Part shown: piece after piece, positions 62,301-64,000 of the stretch | Numbering within the stretch: position 1 is the first letter of the stretch | How the letters are laid out: each line of letters begins with the position of its first letter | Assembly (NCBI GenBank): GCA_051362555.1 | Contig: CM120643.1 | Location: 3,410,001-3,474,000 of the forward strand | DNA from: Lingula anatina | Lineage: Eukaryota > Animalia > Brachiopoda | Length of the DNA stretch: 64,000 bases | Direction of reading: 5' to 3' | The notes under the pieces: generated by a model | Database searches by the model: none | Told to the model about the DNA's origin: nothing | Seen by the model: the letters and a program-made list of their open reading frames with translations, nothing else | Program-made: the position numbers and the translations under genes

Positions 62301-64000
62301 TAACTTATTTTTGCGTAGTATTCTACTAGTTTTTTTTTCGAAAATTCATAATTAAATCATGCTTATATTTTTACAGGGCTATCACAAAGTACACGTACAC
62401 AAAATTAAAGACATCAAGGGGTGTTTCGTCAGGTCTTACGTGTAGCCGAAATATCAAAAAGACCTTCTTCTTCCTCTACATGTAGATTACCTTATCTAGA
62501 CAAGCACATATACACCTGTATTTAAATAAGTACACATATTCTTTACATCAGCGAGTTTCCTAGACATGAGAAATTTAAGTAATGGCAGCTGCACAGGTTT
62601 ATAAAGTATATCTATGTATGGAATGTGTTGTTTGTTAGTTTAATCATAGACAACGTAACAACTTGACTTTGTTAAAAAAATTAAGTAGGTAAAAAATCCA
62701 AATGTTGTGAGAATAACGACTCAAGACTTTACTTGTTGCTTATATTAAACTTGAGCTTATTTACAACAAACAGGCCTATTTTCCGCACTTAAACAGTAAG
62801 AGAAGACAAAAAAAAAAAAAAAAAACACACAATTTGACACAAGCCAAAAATTTAATTGTCTAATGTAAAATGTAATTTTGCCACAAGTCAAGGCGGTTTT
62901 AAGTTGTGTATCACGAATATCATTAAAAAGCGCGTAATCGGATGGTTATCAATTTATACAAAGTAAGATGTCTTAAAATTTCCCCGTGAACCACCACGAC
63001 GAGTGACCAAGAAGATTTTAAACTTTGAAATCTTTTTACTTCTAAATATTTTGACTTTTATGCCTAGTTTTCGCTTTAAAAAAGAGAAAGAAATTATCCA
63101 TGTAAAAGTCACCTTTGTCGAACCAGATAAATAGAAATGCAGTCAAAATTTTAATGGAAGCCTTAGACACGCATATTTTTACATCATAATCATCACCTAA
63201 TATCTAAGGCGTGCGATTTTCACCCAAAAGCTGAGACGTATGCAGTTTACTATCTATTTTTCACTTGTGAAAAGATTGTGTTAGTGCAGAAAAAAATTCT
63301 TTCACACCAGATGACAACTGAAAACTTTAACAAGATTTTTTAAGCATCATTTATTATCATTAAGATCATCATCATTACAAATCTCTGATATGAACATCAC
63401 TTCCGGCCAGTCATATATTACTTCAAGGAACCCAATTTGCATATAAGAGAAAAAATGCATTTTTTCTGATTTTGGCTTGTTTCCAATTTTTTCATTACTT
63501 TCAAAAAGTAATGTCCCCTTAAGCTCACAAATCGGAACACTTTTGAGTCATATGCACTGATCGTAAATTGTGTAATTAGTAATAACTTTTTTATATCACA
63601 GACGTGTATCACGTTTTCACTCCACAGCCATAAAACTCGTTGATAGCTGCATGGGTATAAAAGTAGGTCAATTGCCTGTATAAAATTACGATTATTGATT
63701 TTTAGTATGGACCGTTTTACGGGGGAGACAGAAGTGGAAAATGTATCAAGATGCCAGCAAAATATTTCGGTTGCATAGGGTTGGTGAAAGGCAGAGTATA
63801 TTGAGAACTTTTAAAGAAAAGAATTAAACTAGCCCACATCTCCAGCTTCAACACGTAGAACTTTATATATGCCTCGGTTCCTCTCTATTTCATCTGACTC
63901 TCCCTAAAATTTTTCAGACCGCGTTAATTGTTCAGCTCCCGGGAACCGCGAAGCATCCAGCGTGGTGGCAGACGCTGAGCTCTGCAGACGGCACATTGCA

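Noticed and set aside
49200-64000. Scattered 60-115 aa ORFs
   Set aside because: No recognisable motifs and no consistent splice-phase chain; consistent with random ORFs in repeat-derived DNA.

Overview
AT-rich, intron-containing eukaryotic DNA, most likely from an invertebrate animal; no rRNA or CRISPR, and no intact tRNA recognised. Left to right: (1) An intact-looking 4-exon minus-strand gene (6456->2272, ~1015 aa) fusing 23 leucine-rich repeats, mostly built from near-identical 138-bp cassettes, to a Nal1-type trypsin-like serine protease. It is surrounded by four copies of a Helentron-type non-autonomous repeat. (2) A four-level transposon nest at 16.8-38.1 kb. A chromodomain-bearing Gypsy LTR retrotransposon has its integrase split by a 13.6-kb TA-duplicating DNA element. 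That element carries an 8.7-kb element with 29-bp TIRs and an 8-bp TSD, encoding a 14-exon P-element-like transposase with a Myb/SANT-like N-terminus plus a convergent HIRAN-domain gene; a MITE sits in one transposase intron. (3) A CARD + multi-transmembrane gene with an apparent 1-nt frameshift. (4) The last seven coding exons of SMARCAL1 (minus strand), plus a displaced, frameshifted copy of the preceding exon lying downstream of the stop codon. (5) About 15 kb of repeat-rich sequence with no recognisable protein-coding gene. All exon models were built by eye from GT-AG sites and reading-frame phase; domain calls come from motif recognition, not database searches.
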